From Candidatus Rifleibacteriota bacterium (GTDB lineage Bacteria; Muiribacteriota; Ozemobacteria; Ozemobacterales; Ozemobacteraceae), in contig JADFYG010000010.1 of assembly GCA_015233155.1 (NCBI GenBank), positions 34,507 to 98,506 of the forward strand: a DNA stretch of 64,000 bases, in the 5' to 3' direction. Below, piece after piece: positions 19,619 through 28,581 of the stretch. The stretch's first letter is position 1, and every line of letters starts with the position of its first letter. The position numbers and the translations under genes are program-made. Under the pieces are notes generated by a model. That model had not been told where the DNA came from. It saw only the letters and a program-made list of their open reading frames with translations, and did no database searches.

Positions 19619-20489
19619 TATCGCATCGTGCAATGGCCGCGCGGCGGAACTGATCATCGAGAGTACGGGCAAAAGGCATAAACCTGTGTCGCTCCCGCAA
19701 AGACCGGGTCTGCCGCATTATATTGAAACCACAGGCCGAGAAAATGCGTTCCGCGCTTTCGAACATTGGATAAGCCGGAAAAATATCGATATGCGCGATA
19801 TCGGAGGGAAGTGCGGCGGGGCGGGGGCCTGGGAAAACCGCTGCCATGGCCGGGTGGCTTCCCTCAAGACTCGCCGTCTCCCGGGCGTAAGAGACCAGTT
19901 CGATCAGCTCCTCGTCTGAACCTGCGTGAACTATCAACCAACTATGTGCTGCATCCGAAGCGCAGGAACCTTTTGTGGCATATTTTTGCGATTGAATGAA
20001 GGACACTGGAGGGTCCTCGAGATCAAGCTGCTCCATGTGTCTGGAAACTTGCCGCAACCCTGCAGTATGTTCAGCATAAAGCGGTTCAAGAAGATACGTC
20101 ATGTCGAAACGGGGCATGGCGGCTCTTATTCGATTATTATAAACCGGCCATCTGAGAAGACGCGCAAGATGCAGGCATTTACATTTTTCCGGAATTAGCG
20201 AATCGTCGATTTCCCCCAGAATACCTGCCGGGAATGCATCTATAATTAGCATGGACGGCTGTACAAGATCAAAAATATCTGCCAGCCGCGCTCTCAAAAG
20301 CGCACGGTCACGAAGACGCTCTGAAGCAACGGATATCACGCGGTTTCCCGGATCGATGACACGCGGATCACTTGCGAAAGGTGATCCGGTAATCAATGTG
20401 ACGGGCTTGTCGATGCCCAGGGTGTGTATGACGGCGGCGGCTCTGGTTAAATGACCAAGGCCGCCACCGACCGCATAATAGCAGATCAT
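19602..20489 (-). CDS. GT-B fold glycosyltransferase-like protein (GT28/SpsG-like)
   Basis: MICYYAVGGGLGHLTRA, IIDAFPAGILGE, SACGFN, RTLDDQFRRA; start placed at ATG 20489. Confidence 0.7.
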   Translation of the reverse strand: MICYYAVGGGLGHLTRAAAVIHTLGIDKPVTLITGSPFASDPRVIDPGNRVISVASERLRDRALLRARLADIFDLVQPSMLIIDAFPAGILGEIDDSLIPEKCKCLHLARLLRWPVYNNRIRAAMPRFDMTYLLEPLYAEHTAGLRQVSRHMEQLDLEDPPVSFIQSQKYATKGSCASDAAHSWLIVHAGSDEELIELVSYARETASLEGSHPAMAAVFPGPRPAALPSDIAHIDIFPAYPMFESAERIFSACGFNIMRQTRSLRERHRFMPFARTLDDQFRRAAIARCDTGQTH

Positions 20490-20505
20490 ACGCAAAAATT
20501 CAGAG

Positions 20506-21222
20506 TCAGCGCTCCCGGGCAATGAGTTCAGAAAGAATGACGTAACGAAGTGTTTCAGGAATCTCCGTGAATAAAAGGATGGCCGGAGCATGCATAAATG
20601 TGGAGGAGTGACAGGAATACAACTCGTTTTCGGAGACATCCTTCACCTTTATTTTCCTTGTATCCGCATGGAATTTGAGTTTCCCCAGCTCCTTGCCGCC
20701 TGGTCCGGTAATTGAGATCTTATCAGATTTTTTTTCCCTGATTTCGAATACATTTTTTCCGTTGGCCGCATCAATTATTTTAGTCAGACCTGGAACCACA
20801 TTTATTTTCCAAAGGGGTTTGCCATCGGGAGAAACCAGATTGAATCCGTTTCCATCTGAGATTATGAGAGCCTCAACTGTACCGTCTATTTTTCCGGAAT
20901 GATAGGCACGCGTTCCATCAGAGCGCTTTTCGACGAGAATCGTTTTCATTTCCATGCCCATGAAATACGTGACCGTCTCAACTCCTGAGGCGATTCCGCG
21001 CACGAAGACTTCGTGTTCATCAGGGGCTTTGATTTTGAATTTCCCCGGTGTTTCGACGGACATGTCTTCCGCCCCCTTTTGCGGAGAACTTTTTCCAGGC
21101 GCAACATATTCGGCCTGAATGCCCGACTTTGAAGACTTATCTTCAGCTCTGACACCTGAAATGAATAGAGCAGTAGCCGCACACACCGTGAACACGAGAA
21201 CGCCAATAAAATTTTTGTTCAT
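20506..21222 (-). CDS. Secreted hypothetical protein, possibly Tubby/LURP-one-like beta-barrel
   Basis: Signal peptide after ggagg RBS; repeated beta-hairpins (DGKPLWKI, GKNVFEI, GKELGKL) ending in a hydrophobic helix. Confidence 0.55.
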   Translation of the reverse strand: MNKNFIGVLVFTVCAATALFISGVRAEDKSSKSGIQAEYVAPGKSSPQKGAEDMSVETPGKFKIKAPDEHEVFVRGIASGVETVTYFMGMEMKTILVEKRSDGTRAYHSGKIDGTVEALIISDGNGFNLVSPDGKPLWKINVVPGLTKIIDAANGKNVFEIREKKSDKISITGPGGKELGKLKFHADTRKIKVKDVSENELYSCHSSTFMHAPAILLFTEIPETLRYVILSELIARER

Positions 21223-21389
21223 GACAACCTCCGAAGGTATATAAAACGACAAAATTTATGACATCTATTTAACAAATTTCAATACCTCTTTGTATGATAC
21301 GAAATAATGATATATAAGCGAGGCATTTATTCTGATTGTACCCGGTCGCACGGCTGAACGTCCCAGGGAAAAGCCTTCGGGTTCGTCTT

Positions 21390-21420
21390 TATCTGTGTTC
21401 ATCTGTGTCCACCTGTCGTT
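21390..21420. repeat. Single arm of the 10-bp-period CACAGAT repeat
   Basis: tatctgtgttcatctgtgtccacctgtcg, similar to 1437-1465. Confidence 0.65.
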
Positions 21421-21458
21421 AATTTCCTCTTTTCCTGGTGTAAGACACCGATTCGCAT

Positions 21459-22616
21459 TCATGACAGAACTTCTCGAAAAATGCGAAGATATGAATCGAC
21501 CTCACGATTATGCGTAAACTCAACTGCAATGCGTTCTCTAAGCGCCTTCCCCATAGTGACCAGGCGTTCGGCCGGAATATCCACACATTGCCAAAGCGCT
21601 TCGCAAAGGCCCTTCGTATCGCCGGGATGAAACAGAATCCCATCAACTCCATCACGAACTATATCGGGGATTCCTCCGGCACGCGCCGCCAGAACAGGAA
21701 GGCCGAGCCCGCCACCCTCCAGGATTACATTCGGCATACCATCATAGAAAGATGGGACGGCTATAAGATCACAGGCGGAATACCAGGGCAAAAGTCTGTA
21801 ACGATCTGTAAACGGTACCATACTCAAAGAAAGCCGGCTTCCATGGCACGCGAGCCATTCGGTGAGTTCCGGGGCGGGTTCCCCCACCATCAGGACGTGG
21901 ATTTTTTCTGAGAACCCACATTTTGCGAGAGTTTCGAGAAAAAATACGCCCCCCTTCTTGGCCTTCAGATGGCCGAACAAACCGATTACGCGTCGCCCGC
22001 CGAAAACCTCCCGCTCGCGCCAAGTTGTCGCAGTCGCACGCTCGGACGGCAGAGGATGCCATTTATCGAGATCGATTCCGTTGTGAACACATTCGATGTG
22101 AAGTTGCGGAAGCCAGTCCCGGATGCGTCGTTCGTGATCACGTGACACTACACAGATGCGGGCAGACATGGTTAACGCCTGCTCAAGCGAAATTCTCCGC
22201 GTCGGAGAAAAAACGGCGGCGTCAAAATCGTTACCGCGAATCATCGTCACGAAAGGAACATGTAACCATCGGGCAATAACAGGCCCTGCGATCAGAGGAA
22301 TACTGCCGCCGAAAGCAACAACATGCGTCAAAGGGCAAGGATCGAAATATGACGATTCATTGAGCTTGTTCCAAAGCAGATTAGCAGCATGCGCAAAATC
22401 ATCCCCGATACCAATGGAAAAATGCTTTCCACCACCTGTCCCCGATAAACGTGAATCTTTATGACGCACTGTGAAATGCGCAACATCGACAATAGCCCCC
22501 CGCAGTCGAAGAGTCTCCGTTATGCGATCACATGACTGCGCCATTCCCCCGCCATCAGGAGGAAAATGCTCGGTCATCAGAAGCAGACGTAAACGCCGGC
22601 AATCCTCCCGGTTCAA
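21459..22616 (-). CDS. Glycosyltransferase family 4
   Basis: TEHFPPDGGG, HNGID, GHLKAKKG, PSFYDGMPNVILEG, GGIPDIVRDG. Confidence 0.9.
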   Translation of the reverse strand: MNREDCRRLRLLLMTEHFPPDGGGMAQSCDRITETLRLRGAIVDVAHFTVRHKDSRLSGTGGGKHFSIGIGDDFAHAANLLWNKLNESSYFDPCPLTHVVAFGGSIPLIAGPVIARWLHVPFVTMIRGNDFDAAVFSPTRRISLEQALTMSARICVVSRDHERRIRDWLPQLHIECVHNGIDLDKWHPLPSERATATTWREREVFGGRRVIGLFGHLKAKKGGVFFLETLAKCGFSEKIHVLMVGEPAPELTEWLACHGSRLSLSMVPFTDRYRLLPWYSACDLIAVPSFYDGMPNVILEGGGLGLPVLAARAGGIPDIVRDGVDGILFHPGDTKGLCEALWQCVDIPAERLVTMGKALRERIAVEFTHNREVDSYLRIFREVLS

Positions 22617-23005
22617 CTGTCGAATCCGCCATCGGGAACAGATCCGGAATCAGAATCTTCGACAGCTCCGCCGTCGGGTCCGGGATCAAAAGATCTGACG
22701 TCAAATTCATCGTAATAGGTATCGCTCACGGAAGTGGAACCAAAATTGATCGGACCATACCTGGTACTCCGATAAAATCCTGTTCTGAATCGATGAAACC
22801 ATGCCCCACCGGTGGATGAAACATCAACATCGATGCTCTGCTGGCGCTTCGCCCAGCAATCATAACAGACTATTCCTTCACCCGGCACGTCGGATTCGCC
22901 GTGTTCGCGACAGATATAGCGTCCGCAATCCCGACATTTGAGATCAGCGGGTGCGTCGCAGTCAAAAAGCAGGAAAAAACCTTTTTTTACCTGACATCCA
23001 GCCAT
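22613..23005 (-). CDS. Small Cys/His-rich (B-box-like zinc finger) protein with acidic tail
   Basis: C..C...CRDCGRYICREH...CYDC; C-terminal YYDEFDVRSFD...GGFDS; coupled to the downstream GT4 by ATGA overlap. Confidence 0.7.
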   Translation of the reverse strand: MAGCQVKKGFFLLFDCDAPADLKCRDCGRYICREHGESDVPGEGIVCYDCWAKRQQSIDVDVSSTGGAWFHRFRTGFYRSTRYGPINFGSTSVSDTYYDEFDVRSFDPGPDGGAVEDSDSGSVPDGGFDS

Positions 23006-23011
23006 GCAACT

Positions 23012-23929
23012 TCATCCTTTCGATTCGCCCGAGATGGGACGAACCCGCATGAATAGCTCTCCGAGCGATTTAACAAACAAATCTTTCGGAAAAACATGGT
23101 CGATCTGAGATTCCATGTGGAATCTCTCTGAAGTCAGCACATGGCGGTTGTTTCCCAGGCGGTGGGCGATTCTATCCCCGCTGGTGACGCCTGAGTCACC
23201 CTGCGCCGACTCCAACTCCGGCTTCCCTGAGCCGGGGCAGGCAAGCACGTATCGATCATGTTTTGGCGCAAGCCGCAGCTGCAGCATTTGTCTGATCTTG
23301 TATTTTGTTTTGGTCCTGATTTTAGTTTTAGAGACGCCGGTTCTTTTGCTGGTCACTTCGCGCTTTCGAATGTGATCCGTGATCTTCCAGGATAGGGTTG
23401 TTCCGTCGGCGAGACGAGTCTCTCCTTCAAGCCATGGATCCTGATACTGGTTTTCAATCGTACGCGGGTACGGCGCAAACCAGCCGGTGTTCTCCTCGCG
23501 ATGAGAAATTCGCTTGGAATCAATATCGAAGCCCCGAAGATCAATGCGCATCTTCAAACCGGCATCAGAATCCATATCCTGACTTAAAATTTCGACCAAA
23601 GGCAAAATGAATTCCCGTAAATTATTATTTAGATCCCGTTTTGCCAGCATACGATAAATTATCCATATGACAAATGTTGCTATCCACAGGAGCACTCCCA
23701 GAGGCGGAAACAACACCAAAGTTATCATACCGATGAAAAAACAGACGAAGATGGAACAGCCGAGACCACCACGCATTCGATCTCCCGCCATGTCAAATTC
23801 AGCAAGCGGTCGTAAAAATTGAAACCACTCTTTTTTTGTCAGCACACAAACTCGCTGACGCGAGTTGATGAACTCTCGCTGACGAGCATCGAGGACACGA
23901 TATTTCGCCCATGTCTCAATAAGACCCAT
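23012..23929 (-). CDS. Hypothetical membrane protein (2 TM + basic beta-rich domain)
   Basis: 305-aa ORF in operon; RBS ggag; TM hairpin; Lys/Arg-rich KRTGVSKTKIRTKTKYK. Confidence 0.7.
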   Translation of the reverse strand: MGLIETWAKYRVLDARQREFINSRQRVCVLTKKEWFQFLRPLAEFDMAGDRMRGGLGCSIFVCFFIGMITLVLFPPLGVLLWIATFVIWIIYRMLAKRDLNNNLREFILPLVEILSQDMDSDAGLKMRIDLRGFDIDSKRISHREENTGWFAPYPRTIENQYQDPWLEGETRLADGTTLSWKITDHIRKREVTSKRTGVSKTKIRTKTKYKIRQMLQLRLAPKHDRYVLACPGSGKPELESAQGDSGVTSGDRIAHRLGNNRHVLTSERFHMESQIDHVFPKDLFVKSLGELFMRVRPISGESKG

Positions 23930-23954
23930 ATTCGTAATAACTCCCTGCGAGTAT

Positions 23955-25169
23955 CTAGTCTATTACACGAACAGGTATTGAAATCATCCGCCCTTTCTCT
24001 GGCGGCATAATCAGCTTGTCATAAACCGCGTAAAGGGAATCTCGCGCGCGTGCCCATGTAAATAATTCGCGCACTTTCCTGCGACCGGCTTCCCCCATTT
24101 CGGCGAGTGTTTCCGGATGTTCCAGCATAATCCGCACGGCGCGGGCGAGATCCGTGGGGCGATTCGGCCGGACAAAACGTCCTTCTACACCATCGCTCAT
24201 CAGTTCACGAACGGATGGAATGTCGGACGCAAGAACAGGCACTCCCGCCGCCATTGATTCCAGGATCTTCAGCGGGCTACAGCCCTGAATCATATTCCTG
24301 GGAACGTCAGCGAGTGGAACGATTGAAAGGTTGGCGTGAGCAAGCCACGGAAGGAGTTCCTGCTGGGAAAGATTCAGCATCCAACGTGTACGGTCAATTA
24401 TTCCGAGACGGGTGGCAAGTCGCTCCAGGACTTTCAGTCGAGCTTTCGAACCGGAAATACAAAGAACCAGTTCGAGATCCTGGAAGTCAGCAAGCATGGA
24501 GAATGCGAGAAATAAGGTTTCAAGGCCCTGCCATGACTGAACTGCCCCGAAATATATCAGGTGGCGACTCGGAGCATTGCCCGGAAGCGGCGGCACAGGA
24601 CCATCAACAGGAACAGCCCCATTCGGAATGACCGTGATTTTTTCCGCATCCGCACCGACGTTCAACAAACATTCACGAATGGTTCGCGAAGGACAAACGA
24701 TATGGTCCGACTCATGAATGCAAAGTTGCTCTTCAGCTCTGATTTTTTCAAGAGTCCTATTGGAAAGATCAGGATAAAGAGCCGGAAGCTCAATCGATGG
24801 CAGGCCATTCACTTCATATACAGCCCGAAATTTACGTTCAGGGCAGGCGAGGAGGGGTATGCCTCCCCAGGGGTCCCGGAATTGGACAAGGGAAAGAGTA
24901 TTCCGGCATTCCTCCGTCGCTTTGGCCACGAATTCTCCGAACTTCATGGCGCGTTTCAAAAAATTTGGTTCAAAAGCGAAAAAACGACGGATTTCCCATG
25001 ACCCTTCACGCTGTAAAGCAGGTGATGACTGGAGACCCAGGACGGCCAGGAGACCGCCTCCCATGTAATTAAAAAGAGCGCCGGCAGCCTCCCGAATATG
25101 AATTGCAGCTCCCTTGGCGGCCGGATACACATCGAAAGCAGCATACAAAGCCGGTATTTGATGGCCCAT
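23955..25169 (-). CDS. Glycosyltransferase family 4
   Basis: YEVNGLPSIE, VIPNG, YFGAVQSWQG, SPLKILESMAAGVPVLASD, FTW. Confidence 0.9.
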   Translation of the reverse strand: MGHQIPALYAAFDVYPAAKGAAIHIREAAGALFNYMGGGLLAVLGLQSSPALQREGSWEIRRFFAFEPNFLKRAMKFGEFVAKATEECRNTLSLVQFRDPWGGIPLLACPERKFRAVYEVNGLPSIELPALYPDLSNRTLEKIRAEEQLCIHESDHIVCPSRTIRECLLNVGADAEKITVIPNGAVPVDGPVPPLPGNAPSRHLIYFGAVQSWQGLETLFLAFSMLADFQDLELVLCISGSKARLKVLERLATRLGIIDRTRWMLNLSQQELLPWLAHANLSIVPLADVPRNMIQGCSPLKILESMAAGVPVLASDIPSVRELMSDGVEGRFVRPNRPTDLARAVRIMLEHPETLAEMGEAGRRKVRELFTWARARDSLYAVYDKLIMPPEKGRMISIPVRVID

Positions 25170-25180
25170 GGGAACTTCTG

Positions 25181-25402
25181 CTAGCCGAGACCCTGTTTGT
25201 CGGCATAATAAATTCCGCCGATTATCAGCATTGATATAACACTGAGACTGAGAGGGCTTTCGACCACATAGGACAGCCCCATGAGGGCAATGCCTCCGAT
25301 GAGAGACAGCATATGCGGTCTTTTTTTCCCATATATGAAAAAACCAGTCCCTATGGTGCCCCAGAACATCGAGGCCATCAAAGAATTGTAATCGAAGTTC
25401 AT
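25181..25402 (-). CDS. Small membrane protein
   Basis: ATG 25402 after aggag; WGTIGTGFFIYGKK followed by hydrophobic helices. Confidence 0.65.
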   Translation of the reverse strand: MNFDYNSLMASMFWGTIGTGFFIYGKKRPHMLSLIGGIALMGLSYVVESPLSLSVISMLIIGGIYYADKQGLG

Positions 25403-25638
25403 GATGCCATCTCCTGACATTATCGTTTCATGCATAATCGCTATATTACTGTTATATACAGCAGATTCAGTGAGTACACACTTTGCTTCTGACATTCTAT
25501 CATGAATTTTTATGCTTTTGCTGCGTCTCATTCCAGAACAAGCGCATTATGATCTTGTATGAGAAAAATAAAATGGTGTAAAATCAGGAGTCATCCGCTG
25601 ACTTCTGATGACACATTGAACGAAAGCAAAGGGAAAAT

Positions 25639-26694
25639 GTGAAACGGACGTTCTGGCTGACCGCTGTGTTCTGTATTTTTTCATTGGTCCCACTCCTGGC
25701 ATTGTCCTGCCGAAACTGCGGCGCTCATCTTCCTGACGGGAGCAGGTTTTGTAATTCCTGCGGGGCTGTCCAGAACTCGAATTCTCCGGCACCGATAAAA
25801 AAGACGGGAGCCACCGCTTCCGCTACCCAACGTCCCATCGCGGGAGAAGAAATAACCAATCAGCAGTTTATGAAGCTGTTTGCGCCATTGGAAGCCTTTG
25901 AACCGGAGCTTCGAATTTCCCGCCTGAACTCGCCACAGGTACGCTCCACCATTCAGCTTACGCTTATTCCCGGCCTGGAAAAACTGAAAGAGAAGATGAA
26001 TCAGCGGAATCTGCGCTTTTCCAAACCCCAGACAAAGTTACTGGCACTGTTTCGGGAGCGATGTGCAACTATCCTGAAATGGTCATCCACCCTTGGCATG
26101 GAGCGCAATATCGTCGCCGACAGGGTCAGTCAGCTTGCCTGTCTGCAGGAATATCTCCGGGTATACCTGGATGACGAAACCCTGGCCGCTATTGAAGTGC
26201 TCGAAGAGGTATACAGCAAGGAACTGGAAAACATGAAGGAACGAATCGATAACATGAATGAAAGTGCCGGCTTCGAGAACCCCGGAGCCGCTTATCAGAT
26301 AAGACAGAAAGATTTGGCGGAGCCCACAGATCAATTCACGTTTTCTTTGTTAATGGCCAGCTCCGGCAAAAAGATCGGTAATCATATGCAGGTGTTCGAT
26401 CATTCCCACAAGCTTTTGGGGCAACTGAACCTGGTACATGAAGAAAAAGGCATCCGGAATTTTTCCGGAAAGATTTCCCGGAAAGCATTCGAAGCCATGG
26501 ATTCACGTCAGGTCTGGATTGAATACGCGGTGAGAACAAAGTTTTCCACATCCTGGCAAAATCAGAAATTGCGATTGTATCTGGTTCCATGCCAGAAGCG
26601 GGATGATCCGGCCGGATATGAATACGAGGCTCTTCATGGAACAAACCCGGAAATCGTTCGCGTCCGGTTTTTGCAGGGTATCGGTATATTCTGA
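25639..26694 (+). CDS. Signal-peptide zinc-ribbon hypothetical protein
   Basis: Signal peptide followed by CRNCG...FCNSCG. Confidence 0.65.
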   Translation: MKRTFWLTAVFCIFSLVPLLALSCRNCGAHLPDGSRFCNSCGAVQNSNSPAPIKKTGATASATQRPIAGEEITNQQFMKLFAPLEAFEPELRISRLNSPQVRSTIQLTLIPGLEKLKEKMNQRNLRFSKPQTKLLALFRERCATILKWSSTLGMERNIVADRVSQLACLQEYLRVYLDDETLAAIEVLEEVYSKELENMKERIDNMNESAGFENPGAAYQIRQKDLAEPTDQFTFSLLMASSGKKIGNHMQVFDHSHKLLGQLNLVHEEKGIRNFSGKISRKAFEAMDSRQVWIEYAVRTKFSTSWQNQKLRLYLVPCQKRDDPAGYEYEALHGTNPEIVRVRFLQGIGIF

Positions 26695-26712
26695 TACCAG
26701 AGGCGGTGTAAC

Positions 26713-26867
26713 CAAGGTCATTTAATTCTCACATAGCAGGGCGCGACCGCCGGGCGCGCCGAGTCCTATATCTGCAGATTAGCTCGGCTGGCCCGGCGGT
26801 CCAGCCCGACCAGTCGTCGAGTTCGGGCAATTCAAGCCATTCTCCCGGGGAAAATTAAATGACCTTG
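26713..26867 (-). mobile_element. MITE-like element C (type X TIRs, reverse orientation)
   Basis: caaggtcatttaattctc...gaaaattaaatgaccttg; perfect flanking duplication cggtgtaac (26704-26712 and 26868-26876). Confidence 0.85.
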
Positions 26868-26955
26868 CGGTGTAACGCGCGGGTCTTGCAATTTTTTGTG
26901 GCATGATCTAATCTGAAATGGATTTATTGCACTCTAATTTTCATTCGGGAAAATC

Positions 26956-27735
26956 ATGACCCTGGCCTCTGAATCATTTATATTTCCCAGTCTGTCGATC
27001 ATTTTGCCATGCTATCGGGCCCGCGATTACGCAGGAGCAAGCATAGACGCCGTAGGAAATGCCTTCACCGGAATTGCGGGAGGCTTCGAAATCGTAGCGG
27101 TCGAAGACGGAAGTGCCGACGGTTCCGCGGAAGCATTGTTCGAGCTGGCGCGTTCCCGCCCATGGCTTCGCGTGGTCGTTCATCCTGAAAATCGCGGGAA
27201 AGGCCGCGCAGTGCTGTCAGGCTTTAAAGAAGCCCGTGGTCGCTTTGTAGTGATGAACGATATAGATCTTCAGTATGATATCGACGATATGCGCCTGTGT
27301 TATCAGAATCTGTCGAGCGGAACTGCTGACCTCGTCATCGGATCCCGCATGCACCCGGCCTCAATGTATCACATCCTCAGCCGGCAGATTCGGTATATAT
27401 TCACGCGCCATGTCTACAGCCGAATACTCAATTTCGCGATTCGCAAATTTTTCCTGCCGGGGGTACGTGACACACAGTGTGGCCTCAAGGGGTTTTCCCG
27501 ATCATTCGTTGATATCGTGAACCGTGGCCTTCCTATCATTGAAGGGTTCGCTTTCGACATCGAACTACTGGTCATTGCACGGGAAAACAATTTGTCCATC
27601 ACGGAGATTCCGGTGCATTTCCACTATACCGACATTCCTTCGACCGTGAAGTTCGTGAAAACCGCCGGCCGTCTGGTCAAGGACCTCCTTCGTATCTTTG
27701 CGCACCGGCTTGCCGGCCGATATGTCAGTTCGTAG
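26956..27735 (+). CDS. GT2 polyprenyl-phosphate glycosyltransferase
   Basis: LSIILPCY, VEDGSADG, NRGKGRAV, DIDLQY, DTQCGLKGF, FAFDIE. Confidence 0.9.
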   Translation: MTLASESFIFPSLSIILPCYRARDYAGASIDAVGNAFTGIAGGFEIVAVEDGSADGSAEALFELARSRPWLRVVVHPENRGKGRAVLSGFKEARGRFVVMNDIDLQYDIDDMRLCYQNLSSGTADLVIGSRMHPASMYHILSRQIRYIFTRHVYSRILNFAIRKFFLPGVRDTQCGLKGFSRSFVDIVNRGLPIIEGFAFDIELLVIARENNLSITEIPVHFHYTDIPSTVKFVKTAGRLVKDLLRIFAHRLAGRYVSS

Positions 27736-27747
27736 TCATTCGTCTCC

Positions 27748-28566
27748 ATGCCTCAACGCCTACTTTTCATAACAGCCGATGATTTCGGCATGGATCCGGG
27801 TATCGATGATGGTATCCTGGAAGGCATTCAGGCGGGTGGAATCGGCAATGTCTCAATCTGGACAGCCTATCCGCATCTTAACGCCATCCCGGAGGCGATC
27901 AGATCGGTTCTGACCAGGGCCTGCACGGGCATTCACTGGAGTCTTTTTCCACCTGAGATTGACATAAATCGCCCCCTGGATTGGGCAAGCGCTCTTAGTC
28001 TCGCGTTTCCCGACCGCAGGCGTATGGATGCGGAGAGAACGACCTGGGACGCAGCATTCGATGCCCTCGATCGGCAGGGAGTTCGTCCGGCATTCATCAA
28101 CGGGCACCAGCACGTCCACTTGTTTCCGGGCTGGGTGAAAGCTGTCTGCTCCTGGGCTGTCATGCGCGGAATCACGGTCATGCGCCGTCCAGTGGAGGTC
28201 GGCTCCGGCGGCTTTTTCGCGAAAGTCAGACGGCCGGCACTAATGGTCCTGGAAAGCCTTGGCAGTCTGGCTGTCCGCCTCGCGCGTCGCTTTCCCCTGA
28301 TATGGGTTCCGACGTTATGCAGGTGGGGGCGTTCGTTCACATTTGAAGCCGTGTTTGACGGGCTTTCCGAAACATCCCCGGACATTAAAATAGAACTCAT
28401 GACGCACCCTGGCCGGCCATCTGACAGATATCTTCGCGAGACCCGCTCCCCCTCCGACCACCTGGGACAACTTACCCAGGTGTGCCGGCATGATCTTCCG
28501 GCGATCATTGCCAGACACGGCTTCAGACTGGCTCGACTCGACGGACGCCCTCTCAATAATGGCTGA
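27748..28566 (+). CDS. YdjC/ChbG-family carbohydrate deacetylase
   Basis: ITADDFG, GIH, NGHQHVH, ELMTHPG. Confidence 0.9.
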   Translation: MPQRLLFITADDFGMDPGIDDGILEGIQAGGIGNVSIWTAYPHLNAIPEAIRSVLTRACTGIHWSLFPPEIDINRPLDWASALSLAFPDRRRMDAERTTWDAAFDALDRQGVRPAFINGHQHVHLFPGWVKAVCSWAVMRGITVMRRPVEVGSGGFFAKVRRPALMVLESLGSLAVRLARRFPLIWVPTLCRWGRSFTFEAVFDGLSETSPDIKIELMTHPGRPSDRYLRETRSPSDHLGQLTQVCRHDLPAIIARHGFRLARLDGRPLNNG

Positions 28567-28581
28567 ATTATCCGGGACGCA

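Noticed and set aside
19488-19919. 143-aa Arg-rich ORF
   Set aside because: Translation of MITE D plus the antisense strand of the glycosyltransferase.
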